This document shows, in pieces, positions 14,930 to 26,999 of a stretch of DNA of 64,000 bases. The notes beneath the pieces are model-generated. The model searched no databases. It had not been told where the DNA came from and saw nothing but the letters and a program-made list of their open reading frames with translations. The stretch comes from the human T2T-CHM13v2.0 reference genome, Homo sapiens. The position numbers and the translations under genes are program-made. The stretch's first letter is position 1; every line of letters begins with the position of its first letter. Location of the stretch: assembly GCF_009914755.1 (NCBI RefSeq), contig NC_060930.1; one strand, 5' to 3'.

Positions 14930-15240
14930 TTTCACAAACCTCTACCAGTTCAGAAATTTCACTGAAAGCATCTCTGACATCTGTCCCTTCTACTTCTGTC
15001 TGATATAAACAATGAGAAGAAATTTATTACCTAGAAAATGATGTCATTTGATTTTTGAACAGCTTTAATTGCTCTGAAGCTTTTCCTTACATTGACATTT
15101 TAAATCTGCCTCTCGTTATATTTCTGCCCACGGGTATTAGTTCTGCCAGTTGAAATAACAATATTAGTTTATTCTCTCTCCTATGCAACAATCCTCTGAA
15201 TATTTAAAGACCATCATTATAATTTTCTTCTCCAGTTTTT
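14930..15240 (-). mobile_element. L3/CR1 LINE relic
   Basis: gaacagctttaattgctctgaagcttttccttacattgac...aaatctgcctctc resembles reverse L3. Confidence 0.5.
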
Positions 15241-18200
15241 ATTAACTTCTTCTTCTTTTGCTTATATCACTTTGCATATAATATTTAAAAAATTTGTGAT
15301 TATTTATGTACTTCTTTCATGCCTTAGGAAAATATATGTTTCTGAAATGCTGTTTAACTCCTCTTTGTGTGATTAGCAGAGTTTTTTTTGCACATAATAG
15401 GCATTCAACTTATTATGATAAGCCATGATTTAGCCTGTATTGAAATCTCAGTGGTGCAGCAAGAAGGTAAAACAGAATAAATTTGGTTATGAAACTGTGT
15501 TGCAGCAAGAAACGTAACTCAGATGTGGATATTAGGACCAGATGACATGCAGTGGACTGAAACAGTATGCACTCAGACAACTCCTAAGATAAAAAGGAAC
15601 AAATGGAGGAATCACTTATGGTTACAGATCCTCAATCCGCACTGGTTGCTAGGACCACTGAACTGAGGGCATGCTTCCTTTGGTACAATTAATTTTGTGG
15701 GGCAGTACTGTATATTCCCTTATTCTATCATTGTCCCTGATATCTAGTCTTTCACATAGTTTATTTCTTAATTCTATTTAAAATATATAAGCACTCTCTG
15801 CTGAGATTGCTTGATCAGACTTAGTGGCCTGACATAGCTCTTTGCCCTATTACTATTTGACGGCAATAACTTCAAAACATATAAACAAAAAGTGCTTTAA
15901 AAACTCTAGTTCTATTTGAAAATCAGTTAATGTAGCTCACTATATCCACACAATTTTCCCTGTTAGGAAGGTCAATGGCATGGCTGTTAAAATTCCAGGA
16001 TGGAAAAACACTGAGTCAGCATTTCTTCACCCTGATCACAGTGTTCCTTTGCCATCACAGAGAGGTTATAAAACAAGACAAATTCTTTTCCAGTTTGATT
16101 TGATGCCATACAGATTTGCTGGCATTATGTTTATTTCTCTGTAGAGAATTGCATCACAAACCTCAATGCAACAGGGCAAAACATTGAGAAAATAAACATT
16201 CAACTCGATTTAAGTTATGTAGTTGAAGTTCTGGGGGTGCATTACTCTCCATATTTTAAGTATGAAGTACTTAAAATGGAATACTCCATATTGAAGTATT
16301 ATTCATAGAAGTATAGGGAATACTCCATATTGAAGTATTATTCATAGAAGAAGAAAGTATATCTAATTCCCTTCAAATGTTTCAATTTTCATAAAGTCAT
16401 AAACCCAGAAGGTACATTAGGAGTTGATCTCCTGAAATGTAAACTTTGGAACATCTTTGAACAATACCAGACAAAGGAGCATCAATAAGGAAAGATCATG
16501 ACAGAATAGCCTACATTCCTCTCTTACTATTCACCAATTCCCTTTTTGTCTTTAAATCATGGCAGGTAAAACCATAAAGGACATTATGTATTTTCAAATT
16601 CGGAAAACATATGCTTTTTAGATTTAATAAAGTACAAAAACCCACATTAAAAAACTAAGGTTTTATTCCAAAATTTTAGTTGCTGTCTTCATTTTACAAG
16701 GATATAAAATACTTCATAGATATTCAGATCCCCAAGAATTAGAAGATTTGTATTGTATTTCTAGTTCTGCCATTGGTTTCAGACACACAATATTTCTATG
16801 TGCTTCAGCCCCCTCATGAGATGGAAAAAATGGATTTCCCCAAACAAATTAGGAATTTTTTCCCACTAAAGTTGTAAGCAACTTCCTGAGTGTGGACAAC
16901 CCAAAATCCCTTTCTATCCAACTGTGGTGGTTTTCTTTATATTGAACTTAAAAAAAAGAATAAATTGACCTTATAAATTCACCTAAAATAATAGCTAAAG
17001 TATTATTTTCAACTTAAGAAGCTCTTCCCATCCTATTTGCAACTCCGAACAATCGTTCAAAATAGGCAGAAAAGGCATCACTTTTCTTTTCACAGACCAG
17101 ATAACTGAGGATCAGGATGTTAAGCAAGATTTCCTAAGGCCACATTACAATTCTGATGCCTGGCCTAGTGCTCATTCTGCTGCAATATATTATTTATTTA
17201 CCCATAAACCATACTTTTGAAAATTATTTTCTACTTGTCAAACACTATAGTGGCCTTTTTAGGGCATACAGACAAATTTAAGTTATGATCATCAACCTTG
17301 ATAAATACTAATGTGATTGTATCCTGAATCCAAAGAGGAACGAACATAGCAGTATACGTACTGAATGAAAAGCAACAAAAATGAACTCTATTTACCCTAC
17401 ATACAAATTGTGAAATGATCTGTATGAGCTGAAGCATTCCAGAAATATTTCATGGCAGATGGTACCACTTAAAACTCAATATTTGGGCAGGTGAATGAAG
17501 TTAGGCGGCTTTCTGATTTGGAGAGGGGAAGTATTTGCTAAAACACACAGACAGAAATAGATGTGTGTTCCCAATATGCTAAAGATAGGAAGACACGGGT
17601 GTGCCTGAAGCAAAGCACAGCATTCTCTAGTGCTGAAAAAGAAAAAAAAGTTTGGTTAAATAGGGTAGGACAGCACCATTGAGGCCTTGAAAGTGTTGTC
17701 ACAGAGTTTGTCTTTGAGGTAAATATTATAAAATGACAGTGCTCTAAAGTAAATGAAAGCTCTTGCGAAAGTTCTGTTTAAATAAAATTAGTCTGGCTAA
17801 TTTTATGTGGACGTGGACGTGTATTCAATTCAAATTGTAGTCAGGGTGTTGTAGCACCTTAAGTTTACAAGGATTATCCTGGAATGGTAAGCCACGACAA
17901 TGAGGAAGAAGGATTATCCTTTTTTTTTTAATGAGCAGATACTGTTAATAGACAGTAAACAAGAACAATTCAAAGTTTACTGTCTACTGTTAATAAAGAG
18001 TAAACAAGAATAGAGAGAGTATAGAAGGCATTGCATCTAGGTAACGAGAAGAATGAAAGCAAAAGGAGTGTCATGAAAAATATCATTGTAGTTAACAGCC
18101 ACTCGCGTCAGATGTGAAAGAATTATGGACTGATAGAGAAAAAAAGTCAAAGTGCTAAAGAAACTACATCTCGGGATAATCTTTAAAAGTTCGAAATCAT

Positions 18201-18532
18201 TTTCTCATTAACAATATGGGATTGAAAGCAAACATAAGCACAGACACATGAAGTGTATAGAGCTATAGCATAAAGCAGTTTAGTCCATATTATAAGTGTG
18301 GTAACATGATGAGTGGGATGTTTTTTGTTGCTCTTGAATTGGTGACTAAGACCCAAGTCTGAGTATAAAGAAATATCCAGGACTAAACAAACTACAGAAA
18401 AATGCAAGAATTGGAACCCCTCTCCAAGGGATAACTTAATCTTTTCTTGCCCTTAGTAATTGTGCATTGTCTGAATGTAGAGCATTTCATTTACCCATTT
18501 ACTTACTGTAAGACATGCTTGTTGTGTGCCAC

Positions 18533-18754
18533 TTTCTTTTTTTTTTAAGAGTCAGAGCCTCGTTTGAGGCTCACTGCAGGCTCAAAGTCCTAGGCTCAAG
18601 CATTTCTCCCACTTTCACCATCAGAGGAGCTAGGACTGCAAATGTGCACCACTACGACTGGCTAATTTTTTATTTTTTATTTTGTAGCCATGGGGTCTCA
18701 CTATATTGCCCAGGCTGGTCTTGAACTGTTGGCCTCAAGTAATCCTTCAATCTC
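18533..18754 (-). mobile_element. AluJ, partial
   Basis: Diverged Alu with J-type motifs (ggggtctcactatattgcccaggctggtcttgaac). Confidence 0.85.
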
Positions 18755-18779
18755 TTATGGCACTTATTTCTGTATCCTG

Positions 18780-21000
18780 AAATATTGCTATAATCGCTTA
18801 TTGATTCAGTGATGGTCATGCTGTCAGCAAACAGTTTCATTTCTTTCTTTACAGTCTGTATACTTTTTATGTCGTTATCTTATCTCATTGAATTAGCTAC
18901 AACTTCCAGTATGATGTTGAATAGTGGTGAGAGGCAACAAACATCCTTGTTTTGCTCCTGATTTTAATGGGAAAGCTTTGAGTTTCTTACCATTAAGTAT
19001 AATGCTAGCTGTATGTTTTTCATAGATATTCTCAATCAAGCTGAGGAATACAGTAAACTCTATTCCTAGTTTGCTGAGAACTTCTGCTTTGAATGGGTGT
19101 TGCATTTTGTCAAATGCTTTTTCTGTGTCTATTGATATGATCATGTGATTTTTCTGGCATGTTAATGTGATGCATTGCATTAACTGATTTTCAAATGTTG
19201 AACTAGTTTGCATATTTAGAATAAATCTCACTTGGTCATGGCATATCATTCTTTTTACACATTGTTGAATTTGATTGCTAATATTTTGTTGAGGATTTTT
19301 GCACCTATGCTGATGAGAGATACTGGTTTATAGTTTTTATTTTCTGTAATGTCTTTGGCTGGTTTTGGTATTAGGGTAATGGTGGCCTAATAGAATGAGT
19401 TAGGAAGTATTCCTTCTATCAATATCTTCTGAGAGAAACTGTGGAAAATTGGTATAATTTTATCTGTAAATTTTGGTAGAATTCACCAATGAATCCATCT
19501 GGGCCTGTTGCTTTCTGTTTTGAAAAGTTATTATTAATTAGTGATTAAGTTTCTTTAATAGACATAGGCCTGTTCAGATTGCCTGTGTTTTCTTGTGTGA
19601 GTTTTGATATATAGGTTGTCTTTCAAGGAATTGGTCTATTTCATCCTGGTTATCAAATCTGTGGACATACCGTTGCTTGTAATATTCCTTTATTATCTGT
19701 ATTGATGTCTCATCTTTCAGTTCTGATGTTAATAATTTGTTTTCTCTCTTGTTTTTCCTTTGATAGCCTGACTAAATAATTATTGATTTTATTTATTCTT
19801 CAAAGAACAATCTTGGGTGTCATCAATTTTTTTCTATTGATTCTCTGTTTCAATTTCATTTTTTCTGTCCTAATTTATTTCTTTTCTTCTACTTAATTTG
19901 ATTTTTATTTGCCCTTTTTTTCTAGTTTCCTAAGGTGGACTCTTAGGTCATTTCTTTCAGGTCTTTCTTCTTTTTCTAATATACGTGTTCTGTGCATTTA
20001 TTTCCCTCTAAGCACCGCTTTTGCAGCACCCCACAAATTTTGATAAGATGTATTTTCACTTTCATTTATTTCAAAGTATTTTTAATTTCTCTGAAAATGT
20101 TTTTCTTTGACCCATGTCTTATTTAAAAGTGTGTCTTTTAAACTGCACGTATTTGGGGATTTTTTTTTCATTTGTCTTTCTGCTTTTTGACATTCTAGTT
20201 TAATTCCATTTTTGTCTGACAGCAGACATTTCATGATTATTATTCTTTTAAATTTGTTAAAGTATGTTTTGTGGTCTAGAATGTGGTTTATATTGATGAA
20301 TGTGCCATGTGAGCTTGAGAACAATGTATATTTTGCTATTACTGGATGAAGTAGGAGATGTCAATTATATCCAGTTGATTGATGGCGTTGTGGAGTTCAA
20401 CTATGTCTCTTCTGATTTTCTGTCTGCTGGATCTGTCCATTACTGATAGAAGAGTGTTGAAGTTTCCCAATTTGATAGGGAATTTGTCTATTTTTCCTCA
20501 TAATTCTGTCAGTTTTTGCCTAACATAGTTTGACATTCTGTTGTTAGATGCATACACATAAGGAATTGGCATGTCTTCTTGGATAATTGACCTCATACCA
20601 CTTTGTAATGCCTTCTTTTGTCCCTGATAACCCTCCTTGCTTTGAAGTCTGCTCTGTCGGAAATTAGTATAACTGCTCCACCTTTTTTTGGTGGGGGGGT
20701 CTCACTCCGTTACCTAGGCTGGAGTGCAGTGGTGTGATCACAGCTCACTGCAGCCTCAACCCTCCCAGGCTCAAGTGACCCTTCCATCTCAGCCTCCCAA
20801 GTAGCTGGGACTGCAGTCACATGCCACCATGCCCAGGTAATTTTAAAATATTTTGCCCAGGCTGATCTCAAACTGGGCTCAAGTGATCCTCCCACTTCAG
20901 CTTCCCAAAGTGCTGGGGATTACGGGTGTGAACCACTGCACACAGCCCTGCTTTGTTTTTTATTAGAGTTAGTATGCTGTATTTTTCTCCATCAACTTAC
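18780..21000 (-). mobile_element. Old L1 (L1M-type) ORF2 fragment, EN to RT region
   Basis: ORF 18893-19249 HMIISIDTEKAFDKMQHPF..LKAFPLKSGAKQGCLL is L1 RT; 20082-20324 is an L1 EN C-terminal remnant; interrupted by AluJ. Confidence 0.9.
20683..20948 (-). mobile_element. AluJ
   Basis: ggtgtgatcacagctcactgcagcctcaaccctcccaggctcaag J-type right arm. Confidence 0.88.
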
Positions 21001-21094
21001 TTTTTATTTTTTTATTTTTTTTTGAGACAGAGTCTTGATCTGTCGCCCAGGCTAGACTGCAATGGCGCGATCTCGGCTTACTGCAACCTTTGCC
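21001..21094 (-). mobile_element. Alu 3'-end fragment (AluS-like)
   Basis: poly(T) plus gagacagagtcttg...cttactgcaacc; no TSD on the far side. Confidence 0.88.
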
Positions 21095-22504
21095 AGGCCA
21101 CCTCCTCCTCCTTTTTTTTTTTTTCTAAACGAGAAAAACAAAAAGGCAGAGAAGAAAGTATGAAATAACAGACAACAACATTTCTTCAATTTAATTCCCT
21201 CTGACAAAGCTTCTAGACATAAGTAAAAAAAAAAAAAAGGGAGAGATGAACATTAAGAAGATGAAATGGAAGCTTTTAAAAAAGACAGATTTTTATACTT
21301 GAAAGTGACCACAAAGATATAGAATCTGACCAAGATATTCTTTAAAAAGGTTGAATGAGTCAATAGAAACATGGTTGAAGGCAGTGATTGGGAAATCAAT
21401 GAAAGCTTCATGGTGGTTTACCACAGTTCAGACTTCAATCAACCAAATTCACAATGGCTTAAGTATGTGGACTATTTTATTAAATATTTGATACTCATAA
21501 AATCGGTTCTGATTTTGTATTTATAAATAGAAAATATATTGGAGGCTTTTTTGGAAAAAAATTCAAGTAAACACAACTTGTAAAATGGGAATAGCTATCT
21601 CCAGAATGAGTAAAATTCATTATATAAATAAGAACCCCAGTAAACTCCAAACTACACAATAGAATTTGAACTTAGGTACTTTTGGGGGGTGGGAGGGAAC
21701 ATTTTGTTATAAAATGCTTTTTTAAAAAAAAACTGTCTATAGCTCAATTTAGATAAAATGTTAGTTTTATAAAAAATAGTAAACTAGCTTTAATAGAACT
21801 TATGAGTCTACAGTAAACAGACATATTATGAGAAAATAAAATAAGAAAGAGCAAAAGCTTATGCTAAAATAAATTTTCTTTCTACGTGGGAATGCCAAGC
21901 AGTAGCTTATTCTAGATTCAGTGAAATACTCATGCTTCCTAAATGAGACTAACAAAATACTGGCTCTTATCAAGCTAATATTTATAATTTATGGAAAAGA
22001 ATTTCAAAACTGCATTCTTCCTAATGTCAGTATTCCTAGAGTGTCTGTAAGGGTTCTCTCACAGCATATATGGCCACAGAAGATCACTTAACTGAAGTTG
22101 TTTGTTCCAACAAACAGCCCACCCCCACACTAAAGCATTAAAAAAAAAAAAAACCCTTAGAAGTAGTTATATACTTAAACTGCTGTGCTTTAGATAAAGT
22201 TAGACATCAGGAAATGAATTAAATACTCAGGTTTTTATATAAGTAAGTGATGATTCATATTGTGAATCTACACGATGACTTGTATTTGACTGACATCCTT
22301 GGAAATTAAATTTTAATATAATACAAGGATTTACAGCCTGACTGCCTTTATTTAGCACATGAAGCAGTAAGAGACAGGAACATAAAATGTTCAAGTCAGT
22401 TAAGAGTATGTGTCATTACTTCCCAGTCTTGTCATTTGTTATTTCTGTAACACATATTTTTTATTCTAAGTATTCATTCGAACCCAACATCATCTTCCCT
22501 ATAG

Positions 22505-22797
22505 ATGGGAAAATGTTTGGTATTGACTTGCTGTAAGATGAGAATTCTCTGCACCAAGTTCTCACAGCAGCAGTCCAGTCCTCCTTCTCCTCCTGAATGT
22601 GCCCTGAAATAATTCCAGTTGATTGGAAATACTTGCCAGCAATTTTTGAAGTGTTTTTTCAGCTTGTTGTTAAGAGCCTTCACACCACAGCCCCAAACTT
22701 TAATTTCCTCCATTTAAGAAGAAATGGCCATCCAGTCGTCTTTCAGCTGCTGAGGCCTGAAGAAGTTATCTTTCACTGCAGATAACCCTGAGTTCTG
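22505..22797 (+). other. Candidate exon in unique sequence
   Basis: Acceptor catcatcttccctatag| at 22504 and donor CTG|gtatgt at 22798; several alternative acceptors also present. Confidence 0.3.
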
Positions 22798-23456
22798 GTA
22801 TGTTCTTCATTAATGAAATCAATCACCAAGAATATAAAAATGAGATAGCTCAATGTGACCTGACAGATAGTGTCCAGAAACATAAGCCAATTGAAATCTG
22901 AAAAGCCTTGAGGAATTAAAACGTATTCCATACATTCGTTTAGCTTCCCACTGCAGGTTTTCCCCCAAGATTTGTATCATCTTTTAGTCTTACTGCCTCA
23001 TCTACAGCCTGTATGTATTCAAAGAAAATAGAACTATATGGAATACGATGCCCTAAAACATAATGCACTTAAAATCACAATCCAATGACAGAAAGGCTTT
23101 GAAATAAGAATCCAATGAATAAAATTTCCTACGCTTTTCCAAATTGATAAAACCTTTTGTAAGTGATGAATAACTTATTGATTTAAATTTCCATTATTGT
23201 GGCACTTAGACTAAAGTTACGGTATGATTTACTAAAAACACATTTTAGGATGATAAAATTTCATGTCTATCAAGTTTCTGTGTTGCAGCTTGGGAAATGA
23301 CATTTTAGCTCTTCACTGTGTTACCACCCTGGTATTATAACAAAGTTCTATAAATTTCATTGTCAAAGTTCCAATTCTCTTAATTAAGTATAGCTTTAAG
23401 ACCTCAAAATGACATTGGAAAATCTTTGCATAATATTGGAAACTCAGGTACACTTA

Positions 23457-23489
23457 ATTTTTTTTTTAACTTTTAAGTTCAGGGGTACA
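23457..23489 (-). mobile_element. Extremely 5'-truncated L1P 3' end (~30 bp)
   Basis: tttttttaacttttaagttcaggggtaca, nearly the same terminus as the L1 at 59119. Confidence 0.65.
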
Positions 23490-24850
23490 AATTTTGCATC
23501 AGTCTTCACATTTATTATATCATTTAACAATATATTTTAAATGGCAAAAATCTACAGAAATGGCTAATTCTGCCCATTGTGACTGAGATAATTTATGAGG
23601 AGCATGAAAATTCCCAAAAGATATAACATTTCCAAACAGGTAAAGTATGATTATCCCACACCTTCATACCAATTCCCCCATTCTAGGAGGCAGAAAAGTT
23701 TCTTTGAATTTATTTCAGAGGCAAAAATAGAGTCTGCATGATGTCAGCAGGCCTTCTCCCCAGCAGTCTTTGTGTAACTTCAATATGACAAAGGAGATAA
23801 ATTGATCTCGTTGTGTTACTGACAATTAGACAGGAAACAGTAACTATGCCCTCTTTGGTATTTCAAGCAGCTTCCCTTCCTAGTCTGCATTTCCAGGCTT
23901 AGCTCCAAGGAGACAAAGATTTTCCTTTTCACAAGAGAGCCTATCCAACATCAGGGACATCAGTTCAAACCTCTCCCTACAATGATTTTTTTCTAGTGGC
24001 AACGTATCTTTAATCCTTCATTATGAGTCCTATCTATAGTACTAGCATTTGAATGTAAGTTCCGTATGACATTAAATTGTGATTAACTCCTCCATCAGTC
24101 TTGCCAAAATTCCATGAAGCAGTATTTTCAGGAATTCCAATCAGTCCTTGATATTAAGTTTTCAAATTGTACCACCTCTCTTTTTCATAATGATATTGAA
24201 TTTAATCAGCACTCTTCTACACACTGTACTTTGTGATGTTCATTTTAATCTCTGGAGGAGTTTCTTCCAGATTTTCAATGTGTTTATCATTTCCCATAAC
24301 TTAAAAGTCCAACTTTGCTATTTTAGGCAAGAATGCTTAAAATTTTCCCTCCAGCGAGGTCATGGAGTTATATAGTTACTTTTCTGGAAATAATTTCCCA
24401 AAACAAACCCTTCATGTGGAATCCAGAGTTCTTGACAGTGTCATTTTCCTTCTAACCTGGCTGCTGTTTAGATGTTGTTATAGAAAAATAAGTATTAATG
24501 CATCTGAAACCAATGCTAAAAGTGTCCCTCCTGTGAATCATGTACTCTATCTGTGCTTGCCTGATGAAAAGCTGAATGAAAAGTGGAAAATATACTGAAG
24601 AATTCAGATGTGTGTCTATTGTTAGAACCAAATGTGATTTGAATGTGATTTTCAAAAAACTGGGCTTTGATTTAGCTAACATAACCAGATGATGGGCTAG
24701 GAAATCAGTCTTCCACATGATGACAATCAACTTCGAGTTTCCAAGAAAAGAAAAAGGAATAAATTTGGAGAACAGGAGAGTTTCCATTTTTCAGTAATCA
24801 ATGAAACCTCATTTTTAAAAAAGTAAACAATATATGTATATAACAATTTG

Positions 24851-25245
24851 ATTTATTTTGATCAGCTTTATTGAGTTATAATTTATATAAAATATAGTTC
24901 ACCCATTTTAAATGTGCTATTAGATAAGTTTTGAGAACTATATGCAGTTCATAACACGAACTACAATTACAATATAGAAAACTTCTATCACCCTAAAAAG
25001 TTTCCTTGTGCCCCTTTACAGTTTATCTTCTTCCCCCCCCAACCCTGGCTCCCAGAAACCACTGATTTGCTTTCTGTCACTATTATTTTGGATTTTCTAA
25101 ATTTTCATGTAAATGAAATAATACAGTATGTATTCTTCTGTTTCTATTATCTTTCACTTAACAGAGTGCATTTGAAATTAATCCATGTTGTTGAAATTAT
25201 CTGTAGTTTGTTCCTTTTTTTTGCTGACTCGTATTCCATTAGTTT
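24851..25245 (-). mobile_element. L1M (MB/MC/ME) 3' end
   Basis: cagctttattgagttataattta...catccatgttg-type L1M 3'UTR. Confidence 0.8.
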
Positions 25246-25350
25246 GCTTTCCCAGTTCTTCACTTCCTAAATCAGAATTAATTTAATTCCAGAAGAGCTG
25301 ATAGTGAAAATATGTTTTCCCATTGTGAAAACCCCACCCCTACCCACAAG

Positions 25351-25847
25351 GATGTAGCCTGATGTCATGAACTCTTAGAGATGGAAACATGGTTGGCTTC
25401 AGATCCTTCCTGTGCTCTGGGCTGACCTCTGCAGGTGGTGCTTCCCTGGCTCCATGTCAATTGACTTCTGGCCAATGAGAGGCAAGGCACTGGAGGGCCA
25501 GGGGAAGGGAGTAACCCTAGTATTTTTCTCTCCATCCTTTGCTTTGGTCAGCTTTTTTGAAAAAGGCTGTATTTCCTCTTTGGCTTCAGCTAGCAACAGA
25601 CAAGCCTATCACGGTTCCAGTTTCCATTGAGTCAAACAAGCTCCTAGACTCCCATAACACCAGCTTATTTTGTTCCTTTGGCTTTCAAGTCTAGTTAATG
25701 AACACTTCTGTCCTGCTAGTTTCTGGGTCTTCTCTGTTTCTTGTTTGGCTCTCATTTCCACCCTCACCTATGTAACCAGTTCCCTGCCTAAATTTCCTCT
25801 GTTGTCACTACTTAGGTATTCTATTTTCCTGGTTGGCCCTGATTACA
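25351..25847 (+). mobile_element. LTR33-like ERVL solo LTR
   Basis: ggcttcagatccttcctg...ttctggccaatgagaggc...ttcctggttggccctgattaca. Confidence 0.6.
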
Positions 25848-26166
25848 TTTAACAAAGTTTAAGGTACTTGATATTATCCATGGTCGCACAATAACATGTA
25901 ACCAAAACTTATTTAATTCTCATACTCATGCTGAAGCATAATTATTATTCCCATTTATACATAAAGAAATGAAGCCTAGAAAAATTATGTATCCATCATG
26001 TAGAAGGTCACAGTGCTAATAAGTAACAGAGGTTAAGGTGACAAAAGGTTGAGAATAGTCTGAAAGAGCCAATAATGAGCATGGAGAAGTGCTGAGTAGG
26101 CTGTATGGTTAGCAGAAGTTAGGAAAGTTTATATATTCTTGAATAATAGTGTAAAAGTATTCTGTA

Positions 26167-26473
26167 GGCCAGGCGCGGTGGCTCATGCCTGTAATCCCAG
26201 CACTTTGGGAGGCCGAGCCGGGTGGATCACGAGGTCAGGAGATCGAGACCATCCTGGCTAACACGGTGAAACCCTGTTTCTACTAAAAATACAAAAAATT
26301 AGCCCGGCGTGCTGGCGGGCGCCTGTAGTCCCAGCTACTCGGGAAGCTGAGGCAGGAGAATTGCGTGAACCTCGGGAGGCAGAGGTTGGAGTGAGCCGAG
26401 ATTGCGCCACTGTACTCCAACCTGGCCAACAGAGCGAGACTCCGTCTCAAAAACAAAACAAAACAAGAAAAAG
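26167..26473 (+). mobile_element. AluY/Sc8-like
   Basis: Full dimer; TSD agtgtaaaagtatt(c/t)tgta at 26148-26166 and 26474-26492. Confidence 0.95.
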
Positions 26474-26999
26474 AGTGTAAAAGTATTTTGTAATCTGTTC
26501 CACAGAAATGCAAACTATTTCTGATCCTCTTTTCTGATAAAATTCAATTTCCCAGATCAATAACCATAAATAATGTACCCAAATTTGTCTTAATCTCCTC
26601 TAGCAACAACATCATATCTGGCACAACTAAAATCGGGTCTCTTACTTGGTTGAGTTTGTGGTAGTCTATTATCTTCCTCCAGGATCCATCAGCTTATTGC
26701 AAGGGCCAGACTCGTAAAGTAAATAGAAATATAATGGAAAGTTTATATATTCTTGAATAATATAGGAATAATGCAGGATGCTGCATTTTGTATGTCTTTA
26801 AGGGTGATGCTAATTGCTGCCATTCCTCTTCAGATTAAATACAGTGATTGATTTACTATTCGCTCAAAGAATGGGCGGGAAGAGAGGAATGGGGCAATCG
26901 CACAGGATTAGATGTTTTCATTTAATATTTTCTACTACAATAGCTTTTATTCCAAAGGCCAAGGAATCAATGTGGGGAATGTGCTAAATATTAAGTATG

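Noticed and set aside
18893-19249. Reverse-transcriptase-like peptide (also L1 peptides at 29715-30644, 42047-42307, 59237-59638)
   Set aside because: Decayed L1 ORF2 with stops and frameshifts, not a functional or novel RT system
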